From NCBI GenBank assembly GCA_026387835.1, contig JAPLKZ010000006.1:1-32000 (forward strand): a stretch of 32,000 nucleotides of DNA, in the 5' to 3' direction. The notes under the pieces are model-generated. The model was not told the DNA's origin and did not search any database. It saw nothing but the letters and a program-made list of their open reading frames with translations. Source of the stretch: Candidatus Saganbacteria bacterium. Its GTDB lineage: Bacteria; Margulisbacteria; WOR-1; JAKLHX01. The translations under genes were made by a program, and so were the position numbers. Numbering within the stretch: the stretch's first letter is position 1; each line of letters opens with the position of its first letter. Positions 1 to 11,944 of this stretch are shown in pieces.

Positions 1-650
1 AGAACCCTTTAAGAGTGCTCGACTGCAAGGAAGAAGGCTGCAAAAAAGAACTGGCAGGCATTCCGGCCCTGAAAGAAATGCTTTGTAAGGAATGTTCCTC
101 TCATTTTGATAATATCGTTAAAGCGCTGGAAAAACAGAAGATAAAAGTCAAGATAAACGACAGGCTGGTGCGCGGTCTCGATTATTACACAAGGACGACC
201 TTTGAAATAATATCCGGAGAGCTAGGCTCCCAGAACGCGGTTGCAGGCGGCGGGCGGTATGATGACCTTGTTAAAGAACTCGGAGGGCCGTCTGTCCCGG
301 CCGTGGGTTTTGCTATCGGTCTTGAGAGACTGATCTCTGTTATGACAGCACAGAACATACTCCCTAAAGATTCTAAGCCTGATAGTATTTATATTGCATG
401 GATAGGGGAGGAAGCAAAGGATAAGGCGTTCGAAACAGCGGTGAAGATAAGAGGACGCGGTATCACAGTAAATATTACTTATGACGCTAAAAGCCTTTCC
501 TCCCAGTTAAAAGCGGCTGACAGCCTGGGGGCAAAATATGTTTTAATGTTAGGGGAGGATGAGCTGAAAAGAGGGGTATTTACAGTCCGAAACATGATGA
601 CCAACCAGCAGGAAGAGATGAAAGAAGAAAGAGCACTTGAACTGTTATGA
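1..650 (+). CDS. hisS: Histidyl-tRNA synthetase, C-terminal part (5' truncated by window edge; frame open from nt 3: NPLRVLDCK...)
   Basis: Translation has HisRS features: [40 protein letters not shown], and a C-terminal anticodon-binding-like domain. Confidence 0.95.
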   Translation, partial: NPLRVLDCKEEGCKKELAGIPALKEMLCKECSSHFDNIVKALEKQKIKVKINDRLVRGLDYYTRTTFEIISGELGSQNAVAGGGRYDDLVKELGGPSVPAVGFAIGLERLISVMTAQNILPKDSKPDSIYIAWIGEEAKDKAFETAVKIRGRGITVNITYDAKSLSSQLKAADSLGAKYVLMLGEDELKRGVFTVRNMMTNQQEEMKEERALELL

Positions 651-2440
651 TAAAACGTACAAGGAACTGCGGCGATCTGAAAAAAGGCGATATCGATAAA
701 GAGATAACCATCAACGGCTGGGTGCACAGAAGGAGAGACCACGGGAACCTGATATTTTTAGATATCCGGGACCGCTCCGGCATAGTCCAGGTCGTGGTGG
801 ATTCCGACAAAAAAAATATCCATGCTGTAGCGGAAAAAATAAGGCCCGAGTTTGTTATCGCGGTCAAAGGCGTCATCAAAGCCCGTTCTTCCCAGTCAGT
901 CAATAAAAATATCCCGACAGGCGAGATCGAAGTTATACCTTCGGACATAGAGATTTTGAACACAGCCAAGACCCCTGCTTTTGAAATAGCCGATGCAATC
1001 CAGCCGGTGGATGAGAATACCAGATTGAAATACCGCTACCTCGACCTGCGGAAAGACTTCATGAAAGATAATCTGGTCTTAAGGCACAGGATATTAAAAG
1101 CGGCTTCTGATTTTCTTGACACCGAAGGTTTCCTTGCTATAGAGACCCCTTTTCTCGGGAAGAGCACCCCCGAGGGGGCCAGGGATTATCTCGTCCCGTC
1201 CCGGGTAAATCCCGGCAAGTTCTATGCGCTCCCGCAGTCACCCCAGTTATATAAGCAGATCCTCATGATCTCCGGGCTCGAAAAATATTACCAGATAGCC
1301 AGGTGTTTTAGGGATGAGGACCTGAGGGCGGACAGGCAGCCGGAGTTCACTCAGATAGACCTTGAGATGTCGTTCGTCGATGCGGAAGACGTCCTTTCTC
1401 TCACCGAACGGATGGTCTTTCATATCATTGATACTCTTAAAAAGACCGGTTATAGAAATAAAGACTTTCCTGACGTGAAACTTCCGCTCCCGAGGATGTC
1501 GTATAAAGAAGCTATGGACAGATTTGGCAATGATAAGCCGGATACGAGATTCGGTCTTGAGCTGGTCGATGTTTCAGATATCGCAAAGGATTCCGAGTTT
1601 AAAGTCTTTTCCGGTGCGGTAAGATCCGGAGGGGTCGTCAAATGCATCAATATCGAAGGCGGAGGAAAATTCTCGAGGAGCGAGATAACCGCTCTTGAAG
1701 AGGAAGCAAAGACATGCGGCGCAAAAGGGCTGGCATGGATCGTAATAGGAGAAGAGGACTCGAAAGGACCTATCGCAAAGTTCCTTAAGCCGGAAGAGGT
1801 AGAGGCTATTAAAAACAAGGCAAAAGCAAAGGTGGGAGATCTATTGATATTTGTTGCGGATACTTACCATATGGCTTGCAGTGTCCTGAGCTCGATAAGG
1901 CTCAGCCTCGGCAAAAAACTTGCGCTCATAGACCCGAAAAAGTTCAGCTTCCTCTGGGTAGTCGATTTTCCGCTGTTCGAGTACAGCGAGACAGAAAAAA
2001 GATGGTCATCGCGGCATCACCCGTTCACTTCTCCTGACGGAGACCTTGACGCTCTCGAAGAGAGATATAAAAAAGACCCGGGAGGGGTCGGGGCAAAAGC
2101 TTACGATATTGTTTTGAACGGCGTCGAACTAGGCGGCGGCAGCATCAGGATCCACAGGAGCGATATCCAGCATAAGATATTCAATATTCTTGGCCTGCCA
2201 GAGCAACTGACACGCCTGCAGTTCGGTTTTTTCCTTGACGCACTAGAATACGGCGCGCCCCCGCACGGAGGAATAGCTCTCGGTGTCGACAGGTTCGTGA
2301 TGATGCTAGTGGGTGCTGAATCAATAAGGGACGTCATTGCATTTCCGAAGACACAATCGGCTTATTGCCCGCTTTCGGAAGCTCCGTCAGAGGTTGACAC
2401 GAAGCAGCTGAAAGAGTTGCACATAAAACCGGCATTATGA
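647..2440 (+). CDS. aspS: Aspartyl-tRNA synthetase
   Basis: 597 aa. N-terminal OB fold ([22 protein letters not shown]), class II motifs ([41 protein letters not shown]). ATGA overlap with hisS. Confidence 0.98.
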   Translation: MIKRTRNCGDLKKGDIDKEITINGWVHRRRDHGNLIFLDIRDRSGIVQVVVDSDKKNIHAVAEKIRPEFVIAVKGVIKARSSQSVNKNIPTGEIEVIPSDIEILNTAKTPAFEIADAIQPVDENTRLKYRYLDLRKDFMKDNLVLRHRILKAASDFLDTEGFLAIETPFLGKSTPEGARDYLVPSRVNPGKFYALPQSPQLYKQILMISGLEKYYQIARCFRDEDLRADRQPEFTQIDLEMSFVDAEDVLSLTERMVFHIIDTLKKTGYRNKDFPDVKLPLPRMSYKEAMDRFGNDKPDTRFGLELVDVSDIAKDSEFKVFSGAVRSGGVVKCINIEGGGKFSRSEITALEEEAKTCGAKGLAWIVIGEEDSKGPIAKFLKPEEVEAIKNKAKAKVGDLLIFVADTYHMACSVLSSIRLSLGKKLALIDPKKFSFLWVVDFPLFEYSETEKRWSSRHHPFTSPDGDLDALEERYKKDPGGVGAKAYDIVLNGVELGGGSIRIHRSDIQHKIFNILGLPEQLTRLQFGFFLDALEYGAPPHGGIALGVDRFVMMLVGAESIRDVIAFPKTQSAYCPLSEAPSEVDTKQLKELHIKPAL

Positions 2441-3123
2441 AAAGATTAATATTTATTTTACCTGTTTTTATTTTTCTTGTGCTCTCCTCTGGCTGCGGGA
2501 AGAGCCCTGTAGGGGTTGTCCCGGAATCCGCGACGCCGGCTTTGTCTTCTTCGCTGTCCGCGGTCGTTCCGGCTAAAAGCTCAAAAGTATCTGGCAGGAT
2601 TATTCTTTCAGACAGCGAAATGGCAAAGATGAAGCCTGTGTCGGGAGAGGCCGTGCTTTGTTCTCTGGAAGCAAAGGGCGGTTTTGCCGTCACGACTGTT
2701 GCGACATCCCTGGCGGCGGACGCTTCTTATATCCTTTATATAAGTCCGGAAGCTGTAGACAGGCTTTATTTCGTGAGGGTCACTATGGCGGCAAGTAAAG
2801 AATCTCTCATAATATTCGCCCCAGTATATATAAAAAAAGAAGTGACTTCAGAAGTGGTCGCTGATGTTTCTTCCGCGACCACATATTTTTCGCTCATGCT
2901 GTCGGATATTGTGAAAAACAATGAAAAATTAATGATAAACCCTAAGATCATAGAAAATAAAAAACCGGCGATGCTCAAAGAACTGAAAAAGCATGTCCCG
3001 TTGACCGGCGGGACTGAACAGGACCCTTTATATGTACGTTTAAAGGCCTCTCTTATTGATTTGCTGACCGCTTCGGCTGAATCCGCGGCGACGATACCTT
3101 CTAAGGAAGCAACCGGACCTTAA
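2437..3123 (+). CDS. Putative lipoprotein of unknown function
   Basis: N-terminal signal with lipobox-like LSSGC. Start overlaps aspS stop by 4 nt. No recognised domain. Confidence 0.75.
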   Translation: MKRLIFILPVFIFLVLSSGCGKSPVGVVPESATPALSSSLSAVVPAKSSKVSGRIILSDSEMAKMKPVSGEAVLCSLEAKGGFAVTTVATSLAADASYILYISPEAVDRLYFVRVTMAASKESLIIFAPVYIKKEVTSEVVADVSSATTYFSLMLSDIVKNNEKLMINPKIIENKKPAMLKELKKHVPLTGGTEQDPLYVRLKASLIDLLTASAESAATIPSKEATGP

Positions 3124-3186
3124 TAATGCCGGATCGCTGTTTCGGGTCATGAACAAATAGTTTAGTTATATATGATAGAATAATAA

Positions 3187-5206
<2,020 letters not shown>

Positions 5207-5210
<4 letters not shown>

Positions 5211-5761
5211 AATGTAAATTCATCAACAAGCAGATCGATTACACAGGCGAACAGTTGAGGCCGCATTATATCTATGAGAATTTCGATCTGGAAGGTGATG
5301 CTATAATCTCGTTCACGGGAAAATGCGAAGTCAAACAGCATATGGTAGACCTTGCTGACAGCAAAAAGAAAGAATTCATCCGCAGCTCCCTGATGCTCCA
5401 TTTTCTTGCCGAGCATTTCGATAATGACCTGGAAAAGACGATCCTAAGGAAAAGGCTGCTGATATCCATTATCATGGAAGAAACCCACAGGATGGCCGGA
5501 AAGCTGATATTTCTCAGGAAAGATAACGGCTTATACCAAAAGGACAGAAAATTGACCGTGGCAGTTGCGACAGCTTCAAATGTCTCGACACTGATCCACG
5601 CCGGGGTAAATATTTCTTCAAAGGACACCCCGGTAAAGACAGCAAGTCTTAGCGAGTACGGGATCGACCCGAAAAAACTCGGGGAGCGAGTGATAAAAAA
5701 GTACATTGATGAAATGCGCTCGATCATGGCGTCAAGAGCGAAAGTGAAAGGTGTCAGATGA
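5207..5761 (+). CDS. DUF366-like conserved protein
   Basis: Pattern IDYTGEQLRPHYIYENFDLEGDAIISFTGKCEV...MVDLAD...MLHFLAEHFDNDLEKTILRKRLL resembles the DUF366 family. ATGA-type overlap with queC. Confidence 0.75.
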
Positions 5762-6576
5762 ACGCCCTTGTATTTGTCTGCATATTTACCGGTCTGATAC
5801 ATTTTTTTGAGACGCTGTCATCATCCATGAGGCTGGCCGGGGTAAGGACAAAGCAGATAGCGACTTCGCTGGCTTTTGTCAACACGGCTTTTTTGATAGC
5901 AAGGATGTCTAACATGCTCCAGGCCCCGCTTCTCGGCGGCATGGTGGACATGGCGATACTCAACAACAATCCGGGAGACCTTGCCAATAAATTCAGGATA
6001 GTCATCTTCTGCGCTTTTATAGGGAACGTGGCAGGCGCTTTATTGATCCCGTTTTTCGTCAATATCTTCGAGGAAGCCATCTATATCTTCGAAAGAAAAG
6101 GTTCCATCCCAAAACTGATGGCCGAATCTCTAAAACCAAGAAATATAAAAAAGGTCATCAGATCTTTCAGGCTGCCGGACGCGGGTTCTTTCAGTAATAT
6201 ATCTTTAAAGAACATATCTCCCACATTCCTGATCCTTAATTTCTTTATGGTATCGATATATGCCATAGGCGTCCTTTCGTCACTGTTCGCGGGAGCGCAG
6301 GTGCCGGAGTTCAGGACCACGGCATCCCAGCTGTCCGGTATAGTCAACGGCATGGCCACGATATTGCTTGCTCTGATGGTCGACCCGACCTGCGCGTTCA
6401 TAACCGACCAGGCGGTAAGGGGCAAAAGGAGCGAGAACGACGTGCGTTCAATGGTGTTCTATATTGTCTTGGGCAGGATACTGGGGACGCTTATCTTATC
6501 ACAACTGTTATTCTGGCCGGCCTCCGAATACATTAAAAATACAACAATGTTCGTTAAATCAATGTTTGTGCGATGA
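5758..6576 (+). CDS. amj: Amj-family (alternate MurJ-type lipid II flippase) membrane protein
   Basis: 272 aa polytopic. N-terminus IHFFETLSSSMRLAGVRTKQIATSLAFVNTAFLIARMSNMLQAPLLG is typical of Amj/YdaH-like proteins. Confidence 0.75.
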   Translation: MNALVFVCIFTGLIHFFETLSSSMRLAGVRTKQIATSLAFVNTAFLIARMSNMLQAPLLGGMVDMAILNNNPGDLANKFRIVIFCAFIGNVAGALLIPFFVNIFEEAIYIFERKGSIPKLMAESLKPRNIKKVIRSFRLPDAGSFSNISLKNISPTFLILNFFMVSIYAIGVLSSLFAGAQVPEFRTTASQLSGIVNGMATILLALMVDPTCAFITDQAVRGKRSENDVRSMVFYIVLGRILGTLILSQLLFWPASEYIKNTTMFVKSMFVR

Positions 6577-7490
6577 AGACGACAAAAGACCTGAAAAATT
6601 TCAAAGAAAGCTCCTCAGTTGTCGCTATCGGCACTTTTGACGGTTTTCATCTCGGCCATAAAAAAGTCATAGCCTCGGCGGTCGCTTTCGCAAAGGCGAA
6701 AAAACTTCCCTCGGTTGTGCTCACCTTTGATCCGCACCCGCAAAAAGCGCTTCACCCCGGCAGGCAGATAAAGATGCTTTCCACGGCAGATGAAAGAGCC
6801 TGCCTGGTCGAAGCCCTGTCTCCGGATCATTTTGTGGTGGCAAAGTTCGACAGGAACTTCAGCAGCATGAATTATAAAAAATTCGTAAATGATATCCTTC
6901 TCAAAAAATTGAAGGTAAAGCATATCTTTGTGGGAAAAGATTATGTTTTCGGCAGGGGAAAAGAAGGGAACCTGTCTAAATTAAAAAAACTCGGAAAAGA
7001 ATTCGGGTTCAGCGTCACGGGCGTCACGGACAAAAAAGAAGCGGGAAGGGTCGTAAAAAGCACCTTGATAAGGCATCTTATAGAAAAAGGCGAATTCTCT
7101 CATGCTTTGAACCTTCTGGGGCATCCTTATCTTATCTGCGGGAAAGTCATTTCCGGAAGAGGGAGAGGAGCTCTTTTGGGATATCCTACGGCTAATGTGG
7201 CGGTCGGGCCTGAGAAGCTTGTCCCGTGTGACGGTGTCTACGCCTGTCATGTCATGATAAATGGCAAAAAATACAAAGGGGCCGTTAATATCGGCAGGCG
7301 CCCGACCTTCATTGAGAAAGACAGGACGATAGAGGTCTTTATCCTGAACTTCAGGTCAGATATCAGGGGAAAGAAACTCCGCCTTTTTCTTGAGAAGAGG
7401 CTCCGGTCCGAAAAAAAGTTCAATAATGTAAAGACTTTGATCAGGGCTATAGGGCATGATGCCAAGATTGCGGAAAGAATCCTTGTGTGA
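6573..7490 (+). CDS. ribF: Bifunctional riboflavin kinase/FAD synthetase
   Basis: AIGTFDGFHLGHKKVI, VGKDYVFGRGKEGN, GRGALLGYPTANV, GVYACHVMINGKKYKGAVNIGRRPTF. Confidence 0.96.
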   Translation: MKTTKDLKNFKESSSVVAIGTFDGFHLGHKKVIASAVAFAKAKKLPSVVLTFDPHPQKALHPGRQIKMLSTADERACLVEALSPDHFVVAKFDRNFSSMNYKKFVNDILLKKLKVKHIFVGKDYVFGRGKEGNLSKLKKLGKEFGFSVTGVTDKKEAGRVVKSTLIRHLIEKGEFSHALNLLGHPYLICGKVISGRGRGALLGYPTANVAVGPEKLVPCDGVYACHVMINGKKYKGAVNIGRRPTFIEKDRTIEVFILNFRSDIRGKKLRLFLEKRLRSEKKFNNVKTLIRAIGHDAKIAERILV

Positions 7491-7515
7491 TAAAATAATT
7501 ATAAAGGAAGAAAAT

Positions 7516-7776
7516 ATGAGGACAGAAGAGAAAAAAGCGGTAATTGACAGCAGCAAGATCAACGAAAAAGACTGCGGTTCGGCCGATGTGCAGATAGCCC
7601 TGCTGACCAAAAGAATAGCCGAGCTTTCCGGCCATCTTTCCACTCACCTAAAAGACCATCACACGCGGCACGGGCTGCTGCTCATGGTCGGAAAAAGGAA
7701 AAGGCTTATCAGCTATCTCAAAAGGACCGAACCCAAAAGGTACGCTAAACTTGCCGGAAATCTGGGAATTAAATGA
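7516..7776 (+). CDS. rpsO: Ribosomal protein S15
   Basis: TGSADVQIALLTKRI-like segment (CGSADVQIALLTKRIAELSGHLSTHLKDHHTRHGLLLMVGKRKRLISYL). The start at 7516 has an upstream AAGGAAG SD and is preferred over the track start at 7456. Confidence 0.97.
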   Translation: MRTEEKKAVIDSSKINEKDCGSADVQIALLTKRIAELSGHLSTHLKDHHTRHGLLLMVGKRKRLISYLKRTEPKRYAKLAGNLGIK

Positions 7777-9866
7777 TCCACGAATCAAGTATCGAGCTTT
7801 CGGGCCGCAACCTCAAGTTTGAAACAGGCAAATTAGCCCAGCAGGCTTCAGGTTCCGTCGTAGTGCGTTTCGGAGATACCGTCCTCATAGCCACAGCCAC
7901 TGTCTCGGAAAAGATCCGCAAAGACATTGATTATTTTCCTCTGGTAGTTGATTACGAAGAAAAGATGTACGCTGTCGGGAAGATCCCCGGAGGCTTTTTC
8001 AAGCGCGAGGGCAGGCCTACCGAAAAGGCGATCCTAACCTCAAGGCTGATAGACCGGCCGATAAGGCCGCTGTTCCCCGACGGTTTCAAGAACGATGTTC
8101 AGATCGTCGTCACTCCGCTTTCTGTGGATGAGAGCAATCCGCCCGATGTCATAGCAATAATCGCGGCGTCCGCGGCTATTTCTATCTCAGAGATACCATT
8201 TCAGGGGCCGATCGGAGCGGTGAGAGTGGCGCGTATTGACGGGAAATTCATCGCGTATCCGACGAACGAAGAAATGGAAAAAAGCGACCTTGACCTGGTA
8301 TTCGCGGGTGACAGGGAAGAGATCTCCATGATAGAGGCAAAGGGAGACGAGATCCCCGAAGCGGTCGTAATAGACGCGATAAAATTCGGCCATAAATATA
8401 TCAACCAGGTGATCGACTTCCAGGAAGAATTCAAGAAAAAGGCCGGGGTCCCGGTGATGCAGTTCAAAGTCACAATGCCTGACGAAAAACTCGAGGCTTA
8501 TGTCGTTAAGGAAGCGACCGGAAAAATAAAAGAAGCGCTTTATATCACCAATAATGAAAAACAAAAGGACAGGCTTGCGGTGATTGAGAACGAGCTGGTG
8601 GAAAAAATAAAAGACGGCCCGGACGAGCATCTTAAAACGGTCATAAAAGAAAAGGTGTCCGACCTGTACGCGATAATGAAATCAATAGAGAAAAAACTTG
8701 TCCGCCATATGATAATCAACGAGGATAAAAGGCCGGACGGCAGAAAGATGGATGAGGTAAGGCCGGTCACCTGCGAGATAGGCATCCTTCCGAGGGCGCA
8801 CGGGTCCGCGGTCTTTACGAGGGGCATGACGCAGGCCCTGACGGTAGTTACTCTTGGAGCAAAAGGCGACGCGCAGATAATCGACGGCCTTGACGCGGAA
8901 AAAAGCGAAAAGTGCTTCATGCACCATTACAATATGCCTGCTTACAGCGTAGGAGAGGTAAGGCCTCTCAGAGGCCCCGGAAGGCGCGAGATCGGGCACG
9001 GGGCTTTAGCCGAAAAAGCACTTCTGCCGGTAATACCGCCTGAAGAAGAGTTCCCTTATACTATAAGGCTCGTCTCGGAAATTCTAGGTTCCAACGGTTC
9101 ATCTTCGATGGCCTCTACATGCGGAAGCTCTCTTGCTTTGATGGACGCCGGAGCGCCGATCAAAGCGGCTGTATCCGGAATAGCCATGGGACTTGTGACA
9201 GAGGGCAAAAAGTTCAAGATACTGACAGATCTCCAGGGGCTCGAGGATTTTCTCGGCGATATGGACTTTAAGATAGCCGGGTCCGCGAGAGGGATAACTG
9301 CCATCCAGCTTGACACAAAGATAAAAGGGCTTTCTATGGAGATAGTCGAAAAGACTTTCGCCCAGGCAAAAACGGGCCGCGACTTTATATTAAATAAAAT
9401 GCTCGAAGCGATCTCATCACCGAGAAAAGATCTTTCCGAGTTCGCGCCGAGGGTCATCTCCTTCTCGATCAATACCGAGAAGATCGGCATGGTGATCGGA
9501 CCGGGCGGAAAGAACATCAAAAAGATAATCGAAGACACTAAATGCCAGATAGACATCGAGGACGACGGCAGGGTGTTCATCACCTCGGTAGATGCCGCGA
9601 TGGCCAGAGAAGCCAAAGCGCGCATCGACGAGATAGCGATGGACGCGGAAATCGGCAAGGTCTATCACGGCGAGGTCGTAAAGATCATGAATTTCGGGGC
9701 TTTTGTCGAGATACTTCCCGGAAAAGACGGGATGGTCCATATCTCAAAACTCGCGAACCGCAGGGTGAATAAAGTGGAAGATGTGGTGAGCGTCGGCGAT
9801 AAAGTCGATGTCAGGGTGACCGAGATAGATGCCCAGGGCCGGATCAACCTCACGATGGTGATTTAG
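7773..9866 (+). CDS. pnp: Polyribonucleotide nucleotidyltransferase (PNPase)
   Basis: 697 aa with duplicated RNase PH cores, KH (MVIGPGGKNIKKI) and S1 (GKVYHGEVVKIMNFGAFVEILPGKDGMVHIS) domains. Confidence 0.98.
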   Translation: MIHESSIELSGRNLKFETGKLAQQASGSVVVRFGDTVLIATATVSEKIRKDIDYFPLVVDYEEKMYAVGKIPGGFFKREGRPTEKAILTSRLIDRPIRPLFPDGFKNDVQIVVTPLSVDESNPPDVIAIIAASAAISISEIPFQGPIGAVRVARIDGKFIAYPTNEEMEKSDLDLVFAGDREEISMIEAKGDEIPEAVVIDAIKFGHKYINQVIDFQEEFKKKAGVPVMQFKVTMPDEKLEAYVVKEATGKIKEALYITNNEKQKDRLAVIENELVEKIKDGPDEHLKTVIKEKVSDLYAIMKSIEKKLVRHMIINEDKRPDGRKMDEVRPVTCEIGILPRAHGSAVFTRGMTQALTVVTLGAKGDAQIIDGLDAEKSEKCFMHHYNMPAYSVGEVRPLRGPGRREIGHGALAEKALLPVIPPEEEFPYTIRLVSEILGSNGSSSMASTCGSSLALMDAGAPIKAAVSGIAMGLVTEGKKFKILTDLQGLEDFLGDMDFKIAGSARGITAIQLDTKIKGLSMEIVEKTFAQAKTGRDFILNKMLEAISSPRKDLSEFAPRVISFSINTEKIGMVIGPGGKNIKKIIEDTKCQIDIEDDGRVFITSVDAAMAREAKARIDEIAMDAEIGKVYHGEVVKIMNFGAFVEILPGKDGMVHISKLANRRVNKVEDVVSVGDKVDVRVTEIDAQGRINLTMVI

Positions 9867-9898
9867 CTCACAAAGTTTTATGCCAGACAGTCTTATCC

Positions 9899-10753
9899 TT
9901 AATCTGTTATTACAGGATATATTTTTTTGGTGACCATTACAGCACTGATCGAACCAATAGGTATTTCATGTTTTGCTTGTCCGTTCCGTCCGGTAGTTAC
10001 AAAAGCTTTATCTGCAATAAACCCTAAATCAGTAGTTGGCCAAAATCCGAGGCTGTCAACCCAGCGGCCTTCGTTTATGGTGTCAGTAAATCTGTGTGAA
10101 TCTACCATAGAGAACCTTCTGGCTTCATAAGTGCTTCTCCTCGTTGCTATGTTCAAGCCCATGACCATATATTTGTCTGATAAAGCAAGAAGCTTTCTTG
10201 CTATCGCGGGTGTCACAAGTGCACGTCCCCTGGACGCCTGTTGAACGGCGGTAGGTTTATGAGCGACAGGAACCTGTAATGAATGATCCAAGACGTGAGG
10301 CATACGATAAGCCATGTCGTTCAGCCACCAGAAGATCCTGTTCAGCATGTGGCTGTTAAGATCGTTCAGGTCTTCCATTGTCCTTCCGCAAGTGGGCCAG
10401 CCAATCCCTCCTGTAGCATATTCCCCCATCTCATGGGCAGAGAACATCGCTATCATGTCCTGCACGGATAATATTGTTCTGTTACCGAATGAGACGAGCA
10501 GATTTTCCTTTCCTCTTTCCACTCTCGCGGCCCCGGCCAGAAAAGCAAGCTGGGCATTCCTAAAACCATCACATCCGTTGGGCAGGTGTTCAGGGCCGAG
10601 CACCGTTGTTTCCGGCGTCACAGGCCTTTCGTTAAGCCCAAGGTATACGCGTCCTCTTACGTCTGTCAGCCTGTGCAAAGTCTCCGCGGCCCTTGTGATA
10701 TGCGGCAGGTGCTTTATCGATCCTGCGACAGCAAGAGTTGGTCTGGTAGACAT
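9899..10753 (-). CDS. Unrecognised protein A (284 aa), single minus-strand gene convergent with pnp
   Basis: Long intact ORF, ATG start with AAAGGAG about 10 nt upstream and a sigma-28-like promoter further upstream. No family recognised. Contains SAHEMGEYATGG. Confidence 0.85.
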   Translation of the reverse strand: MSTRPTLAVAGSIKHLPHITRAAETLHRLTDVRGRVYLGLNERPVTPETTVLGPEHLPNGCDGFRNAQLAFLAGAARVERGKENLLVSFGNRTILSVQDMIAMFSAHEMGEYATGGIGWPTCGRTMEDLNDLNSHMLNRIFWWLNDMAYRMPHVLDHSLQVPVAHKPTAVQQASRGRALVTPAIARKLLALSDKYMVMGLNIATRRSTYEARRFSMVDSHRFTDTINEGRWVDSLGFWPTTDLGFIADKAFVTTGRNGQAKHEIPIGSISAVMVTKKIYPVITD

Positions 10754-10797
10754 ATTATGTATTCTCCTTTAAATATAGTAAAATCGTCTCTGATTAG

Positions 10798-10825
10798 TTA
10801 TCGGCAATTCATCAGAGAAATTTCA
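10798..10825 (-). promoter_or_regulatory. Candidate sigma-28 (FliA/SigD-type) promoter of gene A
   Basis: Minus-strand sequence TGAAA-TTTCTCTGATGAATT-GCCGATAA. The -10 equals the classic GCCGATAA. The GAAA-like -35 lies 15 nt upstream. Same geometry as the promoter of gene B. Confidence 0.6.
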
Positions 10826-10911
10826 GCCAATTTTATAAATCTTTAACAGCATCATTTTTGCACAATACTTTCTTAAAAAAGCCGAAAAAAGCTGCAAACT
10901 TAAAGAACATT

Positions 10912-10983
10912 GGCGATAAAGTCGATGTCAGAGTGACCGAGATAGACGCCCAGGGCCGGATCAAGATCACGATGGTGATATAA
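10912..10983 (+). pseudogene. Duplicated 3'-terminal 72 nt of pnp (GDKVDVRVTEIDAQGRIKITMVI*)
   Basis: 66/72 nt identical to 9795-9866, in the same frame and ending in a stop codon. No start codon and no similarity upstream. Confidence 0.93.
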
Positions 10984-10998
10984 GAAGTTAAACGCTAA

Positions 10999-11014
10999 TC
11001 CGCCAGCTGGCGGA
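10999..11014. repeat. Perfect 16-nt palindrome TCCGCCAGCTGGCGGA
   Basis: TCCGCCAG is the exact reverse complement of CTGGCGGA. It lies between the pnp-tail copy and the 3' end of gene B. Confidence 0.85.
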
Positions 11015-11036
11015 CTAAAACTCAAAAGTTAATAAT

Positions 11037-11867
11037 CTAATCGCCGAACTGCAGTTTGCCCGTGATAAGGTTGAACAGTCCGAAAACACCGCCCAGATTG
11101 TAAAATCTATCAATATCTGAGGTTGACAGGTATAAAAGTGCTGTAGGCACGTCGAACCTCTCCATCAGGCCTGTCCATCTTTCTTCTCCATGGACTTCCT
11201 GAAAAAGCGAGACCCCACGGATAAAGACCTGAAGCGGCAACTGTTTTCCGTCAGTCACTCCTACATGGAGAGAATGGCTTTTGTGTTCTTCATGTTCAAT
11301 TTTAGAATATTCTGTATCCAGCGCCAATGACAGGCCGATCGCGTTTGCTATAAGGTCCTGATGTCTGGTTATCATCCCTTGACCCGTATCAAAATGGAAC
11401 CAGTTAGCTGTGTTTTGGTCTACGTCCCTTCCTTTAATAATATTTAATGTTGGTCGCAAAAGCGATTGTCTCGCAGATTGTTCCATAGTACCCAGCAGGG
11501 CCATACCAAATGCTACGGGCATTAGCTCGTGCGCCAGAACTCCTGAGATCTTTTCCGGATGCACGCTTCCATCATTCAAAGCCTCTGATATATGTATCGG
11601 TGATGCCATGCATGCGAACGCAACTATATCGGTGTTATAGGAAGGGCCATTAAATGAGGATTTTCTTCTACTTGGATCGAAGCTGTTTAGCACCGTTCTG
11701 ATGATATCCGGGCGTTTTGCCTTATTATCATGATCAAAATATGTCTCAAGAGCTTTGATGCCCACTCTGTTTTTATTAATGCGGATAAAATTCCCAAATC
11801 CGGCTGCGTTCCCCAGCTTAACATGCGTCGCCATAGGATTTTCTGCCGCGACTATACTTGTTGCCAT
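11037..11867 (-). CDS. Unrecognised protein B (about 276 aa), single minus-strand gene
   Basis: Intact ORF. ATG at 11867 with AAAGGAGG 8 nt upstream is preferred over the TTG at 11873 in the track. Contains GVLAHELMPVAFGMALLG. No family recognised. Confidence 0.85.
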   Translation of the reverse strand: MATSIVAAENPMATHVKLGNAAGFGNFIRINKNRVGIKALETYFDHDNKAKRPDIIRTVLNSFDPSRRKSSFNGPSYNTDIVAFACMASPIHISEALNDGSVHPEKISGVLAHELMPVAFGMALLGTMEQSARQSLLRPTLNIIKGRDVDQNTANWFHFDTGQGMITRHQDLIANAIGLSLALDTEYSKIEHEEHKSHSLHVGVTDGKQLPLQVFIRGVSLFQEVHGEERWTGLMERFDVPTALLYLSTSDIDRFYNLGGVFGLFNLITGKLQFGD

Positions 11868-11944
11868 GATCAAATCCTCCTTTGTAATTTCATCTTAATT
11901 CGAACTGGGCCTCTGAATAATTAGGCTTTTTTCACCTCAATTAT

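Noticed and set aside
7247-9658. Several antisense or alternate-frame ORFs across ribF, rpsO and pnp
   Set aside because: All overlap confidently identified genes, have no SD or recognised domain, and look like GC-driven shadow ORFs.
10314-10846. Plus-strand ORFs (152 aa and 86 aa) opposite gene A
   Set aside because: Gene A on the minus strand has an SD and a promoter-like sequence and is longer (284 aa). The plus-strand ORFs lack an SD and look like shadows. The possibility that they are real is not fully excluded because A has no recognised homolog.
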